Of a stretch of 64,000 bases of DNA, positions 28,412 to 41,629 are shown piece after piece. The position numbers and the translations under genes are program-made. This DNA comes from Negaprion brevirostris (taxonomy: Eukaryota), in contig JARDVH010000121.1 of assembly GCA_030324005.1 (NCBI GenBank), positions 9,991,059-10,055,058 on the forward strand, given 5' to 3'. Under the pieces are notes generated by a model that saw only the letters and a program-made list of their open reading frames with translations, searched no databases and was not told where the DNA came from. Within the stretch, counting starts at the first letter, position 1; the number at the start of each line of letters is the position of its first letter.

Positions 28412-29301
28412 GTAATCAATCAATGAGATTTCGGGACAATGTTTCCTCATTTCATCTTCGAGTTAAACAGAAAAATAAACTCTAAAATTATGTGGCGCTC
28501 GGGAGTGAATGCAAATCGTGTCATTATTTTGCCAATTGTCTCACTGCAGTTCCCAGCTAGCGAAATATGTTTTCTTGCACACAAATTGTAGTTTCCTGCA
28601 GTTCAGTCAGTTAATCCAAAACGATATCTCTCCAATTTTTCTCTTGGGCAATGGCGTTAACCATAGTTTCTGAATGCTGTTAAGAACTGCATTTCGGCAT
28701 TTTGTGTCATCAGTGTATGTCTTTGCGGTGGGTACGGCTCTTTAGGTTACATAGAGAATGAAATTTGAAGTGTGTTTTGTACTATAAACAAAGCCACTAC
28801 AACATAATACTTTTCCTGCAGGATATGTTTGCTGCCTGGCTTGGTAGGATTGGGGCCAATGACTGTTGCACACTCTGTCCAACAACTTCCCGCATCTTCC
28901 CTCATTCACCCATTCACCACGTGACCACCTCAATTTTCAAAACTGCAATTATTGGAAGGACAAATTTTATCAGATTTAAAAATGTGAATTAATGTTTCGA
29001 AGCGTCCGTCATGAAATCAGCAGCGCGTATTGGTTTTAATTATTCAAGGATTTGAGGACTTTGTTTATGATACATGTAAAGTGTGGCATCTTCTCCCGAA
29101 AAAAAATATAAACTGTTGCATCTTGTACATAAAGATGCCATGTTTGCAGATGAAATTTTTAGGGCCAAAGTTTCTTCGCCATACTTATGTTGCAGCTTGG
29201 CTTTAGATTTCCATGCCAAAGTGGATTAAAGTGACTGCTTTCCTATCCATGGATAATGAATCATTTCAAAAGCTGTTGTCAATATTTTTTCTTCATTTCA
29301 G

Positions 29302-29337
29302 ATATTACTGATGCCAACAAAACGTTGAAAGAAGCAG
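29302..29337 (+). CDS. 36-nt micro-exon (D)ITDANKTLKEA
   Basis: Acceptor ttttttcttcatttcag, donor cag|gtctgaaaatg. Paralogous to 49227 and 56367. Confidence 0.7.
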
Positions 29338-30095
29338 GTCTGAAAATGCATCTTGATATTCGAGATTTGAACACCATCAATTCACAACATTTACATTGTC
29401 ATATACTTGCCGAGCCCTCAGTGTTCCCGAAAGTTCAATATGGGTGTTTACAGTGTCAGCAAACCGATTTGACGAGCAGCAAACGTATTATTGTCAGTTC
29501 TGTTGAAAAGTTATAACACATCCAACAGAATTGTGCTGATCCAAGGAATATATGATTTCTCTCGGGATGTTTTAATGTTGTTTATTATGATGTCATATCC
29601 AAATGTATACGCCATAGATACATGTTTGAAGGAAAAGATCATCTTTGTTTGATCAAACATGAAAAAGGAAGCGCTAAATCTATAAATGCGATTGTCGGGG
29701 AGGAAGCAGAATGCAAAAGAAACGATTCAGCAATACCAGTAACCAACATGCCACACCTATCATTTTCTGCCATGCAATCAGTTGACGGCTGAAATCACTT
29801 TGCATTCAACTTCACTGGACTGATTTCCGCTATGTTTCCTTTTCGGTTCCCGTTCCTGTCTAAAATATATCGAGCTCTTTCTTAAACAAAAAACAATTCC
29901 CCCGCCTGATCGTTTCGTTGGGGAATATAACTGCAAAAGCGCACTGTGCCCTGTGAGAAACATCACTACCGCCTGCATGTATATTTCGGAAATTCCCGAT
30001 TTCCAAAGTGCTCTGGTTTCTTCAACTTATGGACTGTTTTTTGCATTCTCCTCATTGCCGAGATATTCCAGCTAACTAAATGTTTCAATGACATA

Positions 30096-30340
30096 ATGGG
30101 CCCGATTTTACCATATTGATTCTAAGTGCTGAACCTGGGCGTGATTCAGATCCGAATTGTAAACCTGTTCTCATTCACCCCCATTATCCCTCAGCCTGAA
30201 AAGAAGTCGTGAGTCTGAACTGCGCTGAGGGTGGGACTTACACCGGCCAAAACTCTGCTGCTCTGCTGCGGCTGCCACCCCACCCTCCCCCACCCCAACC
30301 CAATATGTTCCACATGCCCTGCTGCAATCTCCTCAGTAAT
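30096..30340. mobile_element. Second Harbinger-like remnant beginning with a related TIR
   Basis: atgggcccgattttaccat followed by a GC-rich body. Confidence 0.55.
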
Positions 30341-30687
30341 AGTTTCCCGTATTTTACCCATGCAACATAACAATGCTACTGGGCCTCAATGCTTGTTTCC
30401 TCTCTTGTTCATTTTCTGACCACACAAGTTAAGTTTCTTGTTTGCCAAGCTTTTTGCATGGTTACGCGGTCATCGTTGCTATTTGAATCTAACTCATCTA
30501 ATATCTAATCAGGTAGTTGAATCAATGAACCATAATGGAATCTATTCTGACATGGCACTTTTTGAGCTCTTCCTTCCTATATCCATGAAAGCAATTTCTC
30601 TTCTTATGGTAATTCACTGGTGTTTCGTTTAACATTAATATATTACTTCTTAATATGTCTCTGGATTGTGTTTTGTGTTTTTTTCAG

Positions 30688-30714
30688 ACCGTCGGATAAG
30701 TACGAAAAACCTAG
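30688..30714 (+). pseudogene. Possible 27-nt pseudo-exon (D)RRISTKNL with no GT donor
   Basis: Strong acceptor ttgtgtttttttcag and 27 open nt ending ctag, followed by gataca. No clear paralogue. Confidence 0.25.
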
Positions 30715-31437
30715 GATACATAGTCATTCAGTTGTTCAATCTTTATTGCTGTTATTACTTTTACTGACACACGCACAAATATTTCAGAAAAAAACATGAA
30801 ATCACATGCTCGGTTGATTTCTAGTTTTCATGTTTATTTTGTCTAGAAACTGTGGTTGTCAGGTCCTTTGATTCTAATTCTAGCAGCTTTCCTGCCTTGT
30901 TCGAAATTATCTCTCCTTCTCCCAAGCAAAATATATACAACAATGCAAGGAACGTTTCTCACTCCGATGCATTTTCTTTTTTTGATGTAATGTTATGGTA
31001 TATAGCTACCACTGATTCTACATTCAATTCTTGCATGAATGAATTAAGCAATTGCATTTGAGCAAGCACCATTATCACACTATTAAACTGGTATTCATTT
31101 AAGTGTATAACGAAAACCTAAGGAGTATAAATGCCTCCCTCAAACTGCGAACCAGAGTTAATAATTTGATGACAAATTGTAGTAATCGCTGACTTTACTG
31201 CGGGGGTCATTCATACAGCCTGTCACATAGAGGATATACACGACTGAAACATGATGTTCGCCGACGACTCTATATCCTGCAAAATCGAAGACATTGTCTG
31301 GAATACAATGTGGTCTCCACTTCTAAGTCAATTTTGCCAATATGCTTGATCGGAACTTTGATAGCTGTTCATTGCACGGAAATACGTCACTCGATGTTTC
31401 ATGTTCATCACGACCATCATACCTCGATTGTAATAAT

Positions 31438-32545
31438 AAGACCATAAGACATAGAGTAGAATTAGGCCACTCGACCTATCGAGTCTGCTCCGCCATCTAA
31501 TCATGGCTGTCTTATTTTGCCATGCCCATTCTCCTGCCTTTACAACATAACACCTGATCCCCTTCTCAACCAAGAACCAATCGATCTCTTTATTAAATAC
31601 ACTCAATGACCTGACCTCCACAGACTTCATGAGACAAAGGGTTCCACAGATTCACAAGTCTCTCGCTGAAAAAAAAAAATCCTCCTCATTTCTGTTTTAA
31701 AGGATCATTCCTTTTGCCTGAGGTTGTGTACTCTGGTTATAGTTTTTCCTACTAGTGGAAACATCTTCTTCATGTCAACTCTATCCAGGTCTCGCAGTAC
31801 CCTGTAGCTTTCAATAAGATCCCCCAAAACCGCACTCACCCCCGTCCACCTCCGTCCTTATCCTTCCAAACTCCAACGAGTCCACTCCCTGAATTCTCAA
31901 CCGTTCCTCATACGACAAGCTGTTCATTCCAGAGATCATTCTTGTAAACAACTTCTGGACCCTTTTCAAGGCCAGCAGATCCTTCCTGAGATATGGGATC
32001 CAAACTGCTCGCAATATTCCAAATCGTGTCTGACCAGAGCCTTATAGAGCTTCAAAAATATTTCAGCAAAAAAGAAACATGCTCGAGAGAGAGAGAGAGA
32101 TCAAAGTGAAACATATTTGTTTGATCCGATAACTATTGCAGGTAATTAGACAAAGTGTGAAAAAAAATGTTTTGCATGAAAATTCAAAGTTGAGCAGCAA
32201 ATTGGAAGGTCAACAAGCTTGGCAATGATGGAGGTTTAGGTGTAACCTCAGAAGTACATCCCTGCTCTTGAATTTCTGTCCTCTCGATATGACTGCTAAC
32301 ATTGCATTTGCTTTTCCAACTGTCGGTTCAACCTTCGTGTTAGCTTTAAGAGAATCTTGAACAATGACTCCCAAGTCCCTTTACGTTTCTGATTTCCTGA
32401 GCATTTTCCCATTTAGGAATTAGTCTACTCCTCCATTCCCCCATCCAAAGTGCATAACGTCACGCTTTTCCACATTGTGTTCCACCTGCCACTTATTTGC
32501 CCACTCTCCGAACTTGTCCAACTCATCCTGCAGCCCCATTTCCTG
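31438..32545 (-). mobile_element. CR1 LINE 3' fragment interrupted by a ~190-bp insertion at about 32056-32244
   Basis: Tail accataagacatag. ORF 31811-32014 gives WIPYLRKDLLALKRVQKLFTRMISGM..LSYEERL. CR1 resumes at cctcagaagtacatccctgctcttg. Confidence 0.9.
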
Positions 32546-33149
32546 AATTTTATAAAACCTTTTCCTTACGCTGCACACGATTGATCCTTTATTTCATATT
32601 CAAAATGTGTCTTAATTGATGGAAGTGCTGTTGCATCTATCAACTTTATGTGTAGTGAGTTTCTGATGTGGGCATCCTTCTTAGTGAAAGATACTTTCCA
32701 GGAATGCTCCCCAAATAATACATCTCTTCCTTAATTCGTCCACAACCACCCCGTCTCCCCCCAGCCAATCGGCTCATCTCGTTAATGACAACACTGTGAG
32801 GAAAAACTAATTCCTGATGTCCACTCTGATCAACATATTTTGCAGCACAGATTCCTTTTCAGATTTCGCAGACAGAAGGAAAGAAAACAAATCAGTCTCA
32901 ATTTATTTAACACTCTGCAGCTCATGCAACATCCGGGAAATGCCTTCGGAAGCCTCTCTCGGAAACTCAGCTTGTTCCTCTAAAGTCATGACGACAACTG
33001 TACATACCATTCGTGTTGTGGCCGTTTAATTGTTGTATACGTTTTCTCATATTCTGCATATTCTTGGAAATTATGTCTTAGCTAATAAAGATATATATCA
33101 TATCTGCATTCTGAGTCACGTTATATCCCATTCCTTCTACCTTCACTGA

Positions 33150-33410
33150 TCTTTGGATGTATATCCTAAAGTTCCTCTGAGTGCCTGCACATTAGTCCAG
33201 TGCATACTGTTCACCAAAACAATTTCAGAGTATACTTCAATTTACGATTTCTCTTCCGTTCTTACTTGCCTAACTATATCAACTTGTCATTTGAAGATTT
33301 CCACCTCGCTGGTTAGCACCAGCTGGTTAGCTGGTTAGCCTTGTCTTCTGTGAACTTACTGATGATTGCTCCCACATTCACCTTCACATCATTTTTTGAC
33401 CACATCATAT
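33150..33410 (-). mobile_element. Old CR1 RT fragment
   Basis: gtcttctgtgaacttactgatgattgctcccacattcacc is the antisense of VNVGAIISKFTED. Confidence 0.6.
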
Positions 33411-34094
33411 TCTCCTTTAAAATTAAAATATGCCTACATAACTCATAAACCTAAACCTCAATCATTGCCAAGCTTCTCGACCTTCCAATTTGCAGCTCAG
33501 CTTTGAATATTCAGGCCAAGCATTTTTGCTTTCACTCTTCGTCTAATTATCTGCAATGGTTATCGGATCAAACAAATGTGTTTCACTTTGATCTCTCCCT
33601 CTCTTTCTCGACCAACGTAAGTATGTTGATCTGATTGCTTGTCATAGTGATATGCCAATATGGTTGTTGTATTATCATTTGCAATATGAAGCCTTATCTT
33701 TTTTCACGTATATCTGGCTTTAGACTCTGTCCTGTTACGTCATGTTACGATTGCAATTGAACTTCTTAATGCTACTTAAAATGGTCTTCTCTGTTCTGCC
33801 TTAAATTTTTCACTTTTTTCCATCATTTGACATTTTACCGCCAACACTTACTTTGATGTGCGCTGTAATGCTCCCATTATGCAATTTACCACAGCATCTA
33901 AGCACATTTCACGTAAAAACGTCTTCAAATCGTGTTCCATTACTGCCCATGATCAAAGAATGGCAAATGATTTATCCCACAGCCTTATTGATGCGAACCC
34001 AATTCTTTTATGTTGCATCAGTTTGGCTGGAAGCGAGTATTCTGATCAATTTCACCGGGAGGTTCATAAATTATTTTGCATTGATTCTTACTGG

Positions 34095-34615
34095 ACATAG
34101 ACCATAGAACAACACAACACAGCGCAGGTCCTTCGGCTCTTGATGTTGTGCCGAGCTTTGTCCGAAACCTATCCCACTATCCCACTCCCTATCATTCTGG
34201 TGTGCCTGTCCAATAATTGCTTGAAAGTTCCGATTCCACTATTGCAGCAGGCAGTCCATTCCACAGCCCAACCACTCTCTTAAAAAAAAACTACCTCGGA
34301 CATCCCTCCTATATCTCCCACCATGAACCTTATAAGAATGCCGCCTCGTAACAGCTATATTACGCGTGGAAATATTTTCTGAACGTCCACTCTATCTATC
34401 CTCATCATCTTATAATGGTCTATTTCGTTGCCTCTCATCCTCCTCCGCTGTAAAGAGAAACGCCCTAGTTCGCTCAATGTTGCCTCTTAAGACCTACCCC
34501 ACAAACCAGGAAGTATCCTGATAAGTTTCTTCTGCACTCACTCGAATTCTTCCAACCCTTCTGAAGTGAAATGACCAGAACTGCATACAATGTTCCAAAC
34601 GTGTATCTCACTAAA
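34095..34615 (-). mobile_element. CR1 LINE 3' fragment
   Basis: Tail catagaccatagaacaacacaacacagcgcaggtccttcggc, followed by antisense ORF2. Confidence 0.85.
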
Positions 34616-34899
34616 TGCACTCAATCAAAATGTCACTATTTATCGACCATCTCTTCTCTTGAATGCTTATGTTCAACGGAAACAAGATACATTTATCATC
34701 TGCTCAACAACCCTCCTTGTAACTTACTAATTCCACGAACTACTTGGGCAATTGCAAATGCTGCTTCGCCTCCTTTTCTATTTTTGCCCGCGGCTTATCG
34801 GTTTGCTGTTAGCTTCCTTTGGCCAACGATAGATTTAGCAAAGCAAATTTGATGAGGAGTTTTTGTACTTCAATTGAAATTCATGCGCAGCACGCCATG

Positions 34900-35810
34900 G
34901 AAACAAAGAGCTGAAAAAAAAAACACTGCGAAATCTCAGCAGGTCTGATAGCATCTGTGGAGAGAGCGTAGAGTCAACGTTTCGAGGCCAGGTGCCCCTT
35001 CGTCAGCGCTGAGAGGAATGAAATTCAGCAGAGATGTGTGTTGATGCCGTGTTTGTTAAGCGATCCGAATTCGTGAATTGTAAAACGAAAGTGCAGTTTG
35101 GTAAAGGACAGCCAGTGGAATGAGGCTATTTGTCTGAAAACCGTGAAGGAGAGATGGGGGAGGGGTGGATTTGGGGGTAGACTGAGTGGAGTGGATGGAA
35201 GGGCGGGAAAATGAGAGCGATAAAATGCAGAACGAGATGAAATGAAATGAAACAAAACAAATGGAAATCGGGTGGAAGGAGGAGTTCATGTGCTGAAATG
35301 GTTGAACTCAACGTTCAGTTTGGAAGGCTGTACAATGCCTAAGAGCAAGATAAGGTGCTGTCTCTCCAGTTTGTGTTGCGGATCGATAAAACATTGCAAA
35401 ATGTCAAGGACAAACATTTAGGCCGAAGTATAAGGCGGTGTGTTGAAGTGTTCCGACTCCTACCCCCTTCTTCAGCCAACTGCCACGATACTCAGACCGT
35501 CCTTTCCACATCTGTACTTTTGTTTTGCAACTCACGCATTCTGATCACTTAATGTACATTTCCAAGACTTTTTTTTCCCGCCTTCTCCATGCTCATTTAC
35601 AATCCCTTTGTACAGTTCACACAACCCTCCCGACCCTCGTAATATAAATCTCTGCTGACTCTTTTTCCTTCCATCTCTGACGAAGAGTCATATGGTCTCG
35701 AAACGCTGTCTCTACTCGCTCCCCACAGATGCTGTCAGGCCTGCTGAGATTTTCCAAAAAATTTCGGTTTTTGATTACGATTCCTGCATTCACAGTACTT
35801 CGTTTTATTT
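34900..35810. mobile_element. Penelope-like element: minus-strand 3' end plus an inverted plus-strand pseudo-LTR
   Basis: Minus strand 35295-35380 encodes QHKLERQHLILLLGIVQPSKLNVEFNHF (Penelope GIY-YIG C-terminus). 34925-35006 is an inverted copy of 35677-35765. Confidence 0.85.
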
Positions 35811-36111
35811 TATGGAAATAGAGGAAACTAGTTATCCCTAAAATGGGCAGCCACATGCCAACGCAACACACAGCTGTTATTTTCATCGTGGATTTCCAGG
35901 AAGTTTCGTGGAATTAATTACTACGCGCCATTGTCTTGTAAAGCGATATATTTTAGAACTCATATCTTCAGCATTATATTTTCTTAATCCTGAAAAGCAA
36001 ACCACATTTAGCAAATGATTTTGAATCTTTGTAAGGATTTTTATTTCCCTTTTTGGGGAATTAATACATGTACAGCTTGCGGGACTAAAAATGTTGCTTT
36101 CTTTTGAACAG

Positions 36112-36138
36112 AAGGAAAGCTAAAATCAACAGAAGAAG
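36112..36138 (+). CDS. 27-nt micro-exon (E)GKLKSTEE with GC at the donor
   Basis: Acceptor gctttcttttgaacag, boundary aag|gcatac. Paralogue at 52724 has the same cttttgaRcag acceptor and GC. Confidence 0.5.
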
Positions 36139-37299
36139 GCATACGAGTTTTCATTGTTTTTTTTTTAACAGTAATACGCACGAATCCGTTGTGGTGAATG
36201 CACAGAAGCGATTTCCGCTTGACAACCTGACTTCAAAAGAGACGTCAGGAGGCGAATTAGCCCAACAACCTTAGTGAATTTCCTTATGCATTGTTTAATT
36301 TTCGAGCTGTCGAATATTGGTAATTCTTTCATGTGTATTCTCACGTATTCTGCCACAAAAGGGCATCGTGTCGTCTGGTGCAACTTCTGAGTTCTCGGAG
36401 TTCCTCCTAAATTGACGAATTACTAGCCATTGGAACCGATGACTAATTACATTGATGTCATCTAAAGATATTTGGGCATCAGTTCCATCGCCCATTCCGA
36501 AACCAGAGACAAACTGATCAGAAATTGATTATTGTGCTGCTTCAAGGCAGGCATCGCGTATTTGTTTTTGATTGCAGTCGAATTTAGAGAGTTGTACTCG
36601 AAAAAAAATCAATGATGAGGATAAATTTTAAAAGGCCGCGGTTACCCTGCGCGTTTATGTGTTTTTTTTTTAAGAGCAGCAACATTTTGCACCTTGAGCG
36701 TTGGTCTGGTCACAATGTAATGAAAAAGGCACAGGCACATGACCGAGGCTGTAGTGAGGTGCTTGTGGAGAATTTGACACGCCTGCGGATATCGATATCA
36801 CGCCACGAATTATAAGGTAGATTTGAAGGCAGCGACTGAAATGCATTTATATGTACGAGAATGTCATGTCCGTTATCAGAAAACAAATATTCACCGTAAG
36901 GATTTTTTTTTTAATGATGCAACATTTTGCGAATGAGAGTGTTGCTTCTCTTATTTATTTAATTATTTAATATGGGACGCAATACCGCTTGCATCCCGGA
37001 AATTGATAAATTAGAATGCTTGCATAACAAATGCTGATTCTAAGGTAACAAATGTTACCTTAGAATCTTGAAATCCCGACTGTGCAAAGGAACGTTACTC
37101 TCACCACAGAGTTTGCACCAGCTGGCAGATGAAATGTCTTAACCAGGTGTTTCCGTAGCGTATCCATGTCTCCGTCTTTAAAGGGAATGTAACCTGGGCA
37201 ACACAGCTCCACATATTGGACTGAGAGAAGAACTCAAACATAAACGAAGGTTACGGTGCATATTCCCCCCAGCCACAAACCGAGACCGGAATCAATTGT

Positions 37300-38545
37300 G
37301 TATCCTTGGGCCTGTGAGACAGCAGCCTTCAGAACCATTATTCCTACGAAAGTCATCTGGATTGGGCCTCGGCAAACTCCGTGGCCTGTGCCTGGGCACC
37401 TACCCCAGCGACTGGATCCTGAACTTCTTAACTCACAGACCATAATCAGTAAGGATAGGCAACATCACATTCTTTGCGATAATCCTCAACACNNNNNNNN
37501 NNAAGCAGTGTTCACCTATGACTGTGTGGCCAAATTCCCCTTCAATTCGATTTTCAAGTTTGCTGAGGACACCATTGTAGTGGGTCTGATCTCAAGCAAT
37601 GAGGAGACAGAGTACGGAAATGAAAAACAGAGAATCTGGTGAACTGATGTGGCCACAGGATTTCTCCTTCAATGTCAACAAAACTAAGGAGATTGTCATC
37701 GACTTCAGGAAGCGAAAAGGAGAACATGCACCTACCTACATCAGAAAGGGTCAAGTGCTTCAAATCTTTCGGTGTTCAGATTAACAAGAAATTGTCTTGG
37801 TCCTCCAATGCCGAAAGCCCACCGACGGCTCGACTTTCTCAGAAGACTAAATAAATTTGGCATGCCAGTTATGACTCTCGTCAAAGTTAACAGATGCGCT
37901 ATATAAAAAAAAAATCTGTTCGTATCACAGCTTTCTATAGTTCCTGCTCTGCCCAAGGCCGCAAGAAACTGCAACAGTTCGTGAAGGTAGCCCAATCCAT
38001 CACGTACAACATCCTCCCATCCATTGACTCTGTCGACACTTGCCGCTGCCCCTGCAAACAAAAAGCCAGCATAATAAGGATCCGACGCACCCGGATATTT
38101 TCTCTTCCAGCTTCTTCATTCGGGGAAAAAAAGTACAAAAGTCTGGGGTCGGGTATCAACCGACTCAAGAACAGTTTATTCCCTGNNNNNNNNNNNNNNN
38201 NNNNNNNNNNNNNNNNNNNNNNNNNNNNNNNNNNNNNNNNNNNNNNNNNNNNNNNNNNNNNNNNNNNNNNNNNNNNNNNNNNNNNTACAAAAGTCTGGGG
38301 TCGGGTATCAACCGACTCAAGAACAGTTTATTCCCTGCTGCTGTCAGACTTTTGAATGGACTTACCTTGCATTAAATTGATCTTTCTCTTCGTCCTAGCT
38401 ATGACTCTAACACTTCATTTTGCTGTCTCTCGTTTCCTTTTCTACGAACGTCATGTTTTGACCGTGTAGCGTGCACGAAACCACAATTTTCGTTGTATGT
38501 TAATACGTGTGACAATAATAAATCAAATCAGATCTAATCAAAAAT
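37300..38545 (+). mobile_element. Rex1/Babar LINE fragment with 3' end
   Basis: AFRTIIPTK..., DWILNFLTHRP, FTYDCVAKFPFNSIFKFAEDTIVVGLIS, NVNKTKEIVIDFRK, NRLKNSLFPAAVRLLNG. Tail tgtgacaataataaatcaaatc. Confidence 0.9.
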
Positions 38546-39719
38546 AATCATTGTGCCACCGAGCTGCCGTAAGAAGCAGTGCCTTCGCTACGAGACGGAA
38601 AATGCGGAACTTCTTGCTTTACAGGAAATAAATGAAGTAACCGCACCTGATGGCCTGGAAAATAGCACTGACAACGTTATGTAAGACATTTTATTTACCA
38701 ACGGGTTAAGCTAGTTCGCAACAGATTTTCTGAAGATTCGGGAATTACTGATTGCGAACGTTTCAAGACATAGCATTTTTTGATGCACAGAGAGCAACAT
38801 CGTTCCTGTAAATGTTACGAATCAGAAGTAACTTTAGACACCCAATGCTGACAGATGGAATAAAATGTAATAAAATCGGATTGGACAGTGGAGCGTTATG
38901 GTTTGCCACTGAAAAACAGGCGACATAGAATTGGTGCATAACGGGATACAGCTGAAAAACAAATCTGAGGAGCGTGGCATGAAGATCAAAGCTGACACGT
39001 TTCTGGAATACTCTGCCTGCTGAACAAACACACATCCCAGGTTAATTAGGTAATGGAAAGTGACTTCAAGCTCCACAGGACCGTTGAAATGATTAAAATT
39101 GGTACTGTGTTCCTGGAAACCTCGGATCTCGGAAGGAAACACTCGCTGTAATTCGTAAAACAAAATGTGCTCAGTAGACTGCCGAGCAGTGCCATGAGGT
39201 CTATATCATTATTTCACCAGCAATCAAATACACAATCTATGCTTTAAACTTGCGCAATTCTCTGAGATTCACTGCTTTCTTCATGGTGGTATTAACACGT
39301 AGTTTAAAAGGAAACGAGGTTGTAATCTGGTGTTCCTTCCAATGGCTTTCTTTTTGGTGGTATTATTTGATTTCGCTGTATTCACGCAGCTGGAGAGTGG
39401 CGTGACAGAAAACCTTTCCACAAATGCTAAATCCAAAGGCGCGGTTCAACATAAAGCACTTGCATTGACTTGACTTAGCAATGTCGCATAGACTTGTATC
39501 CAGTGAAAGATGAACATTTTGTGCGTTATTCAGACAGAACATGCTGTTCGTAGAGCACGTCGGGAAGTAGGAAAGGAAAGAGTTGAGGATATATTGTTAC
39601 AGACATAGCAAGGTTGTAAAGAAGATCAAATTCATATTAGGCGACCATTACAATGACCGATGGTAGCAGGTACGAGGCTGTTGAGTGGGTTGGTCTCTGA
39701 TCTCCGACTTTTTTTTCGA

Positions 39720-39905
39720 CAGAAGAAAGTGGGGTGCACGGGCCATTGAATGAGCCGGCTGCTATTCCGAGGCAGAGGGAAATGCAGAAACATTCCATGA
39801 GTGGGAGGCTAGTATGCGTGATAGCCTAGGCTGCGTTCACAATAAGCTGTAGTTGCATACGTTCTTGGACAGAGCGGGAGCCATACCAAACTGCGATGCG
39901 TCATC
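39720..39905 (-). mobile_element. Rex1/Babar LINE fragment
   Basis: Minus strand gives IAVWYGSRSVQERMQLQLIVNAA, homologous to 37925-38000. Confidence 0.8.
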
Positions 39906-41527
39906 CACACGTCTGCCTAATTCATTCATTTCATGGCTCTGAAGGTTTCGATGAGCTCAACTCGGATGCTTGGAAACATTTCAGAGTATAGAAATGTCTC
40001 CAATTATTTCCATGATGCGGCACGAAATTGCCAGGGGCGATATTCCCAATTTTAGCAACTTCATATCACCATTATTTGTGCATTTTATACAAGTTTCTGA
40101 TTGAAATAGGAAAGCCATTTCCTTTCATGGCAACCCTCACTGCTTCTCCGCAGTCGTTTCCATCTTGATCTACGCAACTAAAAGTTTTTTTTTGCCCCTA
40201 GTGTGCTTAATATATTGTAATTATACTCGAAGGAAAATTCCATTACACTGTGCTCGCAACCAGCTTAATAAGGAGTACCGCATCATTAGCCTTCCTCACT
40301 GTTCGATACAACCGTTGTCTGGTGTTTCCTAGTGAACAGCGTACACTGAAAACGTTACCTTCTAACTTCTTGCTTTAATACTCCAATGAAATTCATTGGC
40401 TATTCACCCTCCCCAAGCCGCAGCGTGATTTTTTTTTCAATTATGTCCTTCTGTTTGGAGCATACGAAAATACGGCAGAGTTTAGTTAATTTATGGCATG
40501 TCTTATCAATCTGCGATTGGCTGAAAATGGTGAAGTTCATCGACTAATGTTACATCCCAGTTTCTCCACTCTTTTCTTTAAAATAGGGATCATTAGTATA
40601 ACATTTTTTTCTCATTAAAAGTAGGATTTGTTTCTCTAACGACACCTTCCAAATACGAAAATCAACGTGTCTTTGTTGCCAAAATGTTCAAACACGGAAG
40701 GAATCCTGTTAAGCCTTCAAAAATGATAATGTGATATATTTATAAGATGCATTTATAATGATTTAAATTGTTGATCTCGTTACTGCGCTTGCTTAGTGTG
40801 AATTTCGAATTCAGTGCAATGATATGACACATCTGACATATCTACAGCCAATCTGTTCATTGATTTCTTTGTTCGATCTTTGTTCCTTGGAAGAAGTGAC
40901 TTTAATTTTAAAAGTAGTGAGTCAGCGGTCGAAACTATTAGAACTTAAAGGAAAGGATGATCAATTGCAAAGTACCACAAGGCACATATCAAAAATAATA
41001 TAAATTAGGCAATACTATGTTGCCGTATGCATCTAAAAGTGAAGTGCAAAGCAGTAAACAGTGTTTAGAACGTGAGGTCGTAACCTCTACTTGCACATTC
41101 AATTAATAAAAAAAGATTAAAGTGATGGAATTCAAAACGCACTAGAAAGACAGAAAAGCCGCAACATGCTGCTGCAAATATTAATTCCATAACTCAAGAA
41201 TGCACGTAGTGCAATGCATCTTTATAGTTTCGAAAAGACGGCACATTTAATGCATCTTCCTGATGTTTTTATTCTTTCCACCTTTTATCAAACAATAAGC
41301 CATTTCAATCTTTTGTTTGCTGAAAACAAAATGATGGACGGTACGGTTGTATCGTGTGAAGAGTTTTAAGCTTGCCCAAACAAGAGTTATGTTCCTAATT
41401 TACCCAATAGTGTGCCAACTCTGCAACAGAAGCTCAGAAGCTTCATATGTTTTGGAATTTTGGCGTCCTTCATTATTTACAGCTGAAACAGAATAATTTA
41501 CAATTAGGTCTGTTTGCTCGAGTAAAG

Positions 41528-41564
41528 CTAATGATTAACGCCCAAAATTCGAAAGAGGAATTAG
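41528..41564 (+). pseudogene. Degenerate 36-nt-class exon copy (37 nt, ...NAQNSKEEL)
   Basis: Donor tag|gtaacg. Acceptor ctgtttgctcgagtaaag resembles ctgtttctcgaaatgcag of 59333. Length off by one unless the AG at 41521-41522 is used (42 nt, in frame). Confidence 0.4.
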
Positions 41565-41629
41565 GTAACGCTGGTCCAGCTGTCCCGTCTTATAATGTGG
41601 TTCATTCATTTGAACAATATCCGATCAAC

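Noticed and set aside
38134-38337. 52-bp exact direct repeat flanking a 100-N gap (also a 42-bp repeat at 3505-3546 / 3654-3695)
   Set aside because: Identical sequence abutting both sides of a gap is most simply unmerged contig overlap.
41483-41507. 25-nt AG..GT segment LKQNNLQL
   Set aside because: Wrong length and phase, and only 20 nt from the next candidate exon.
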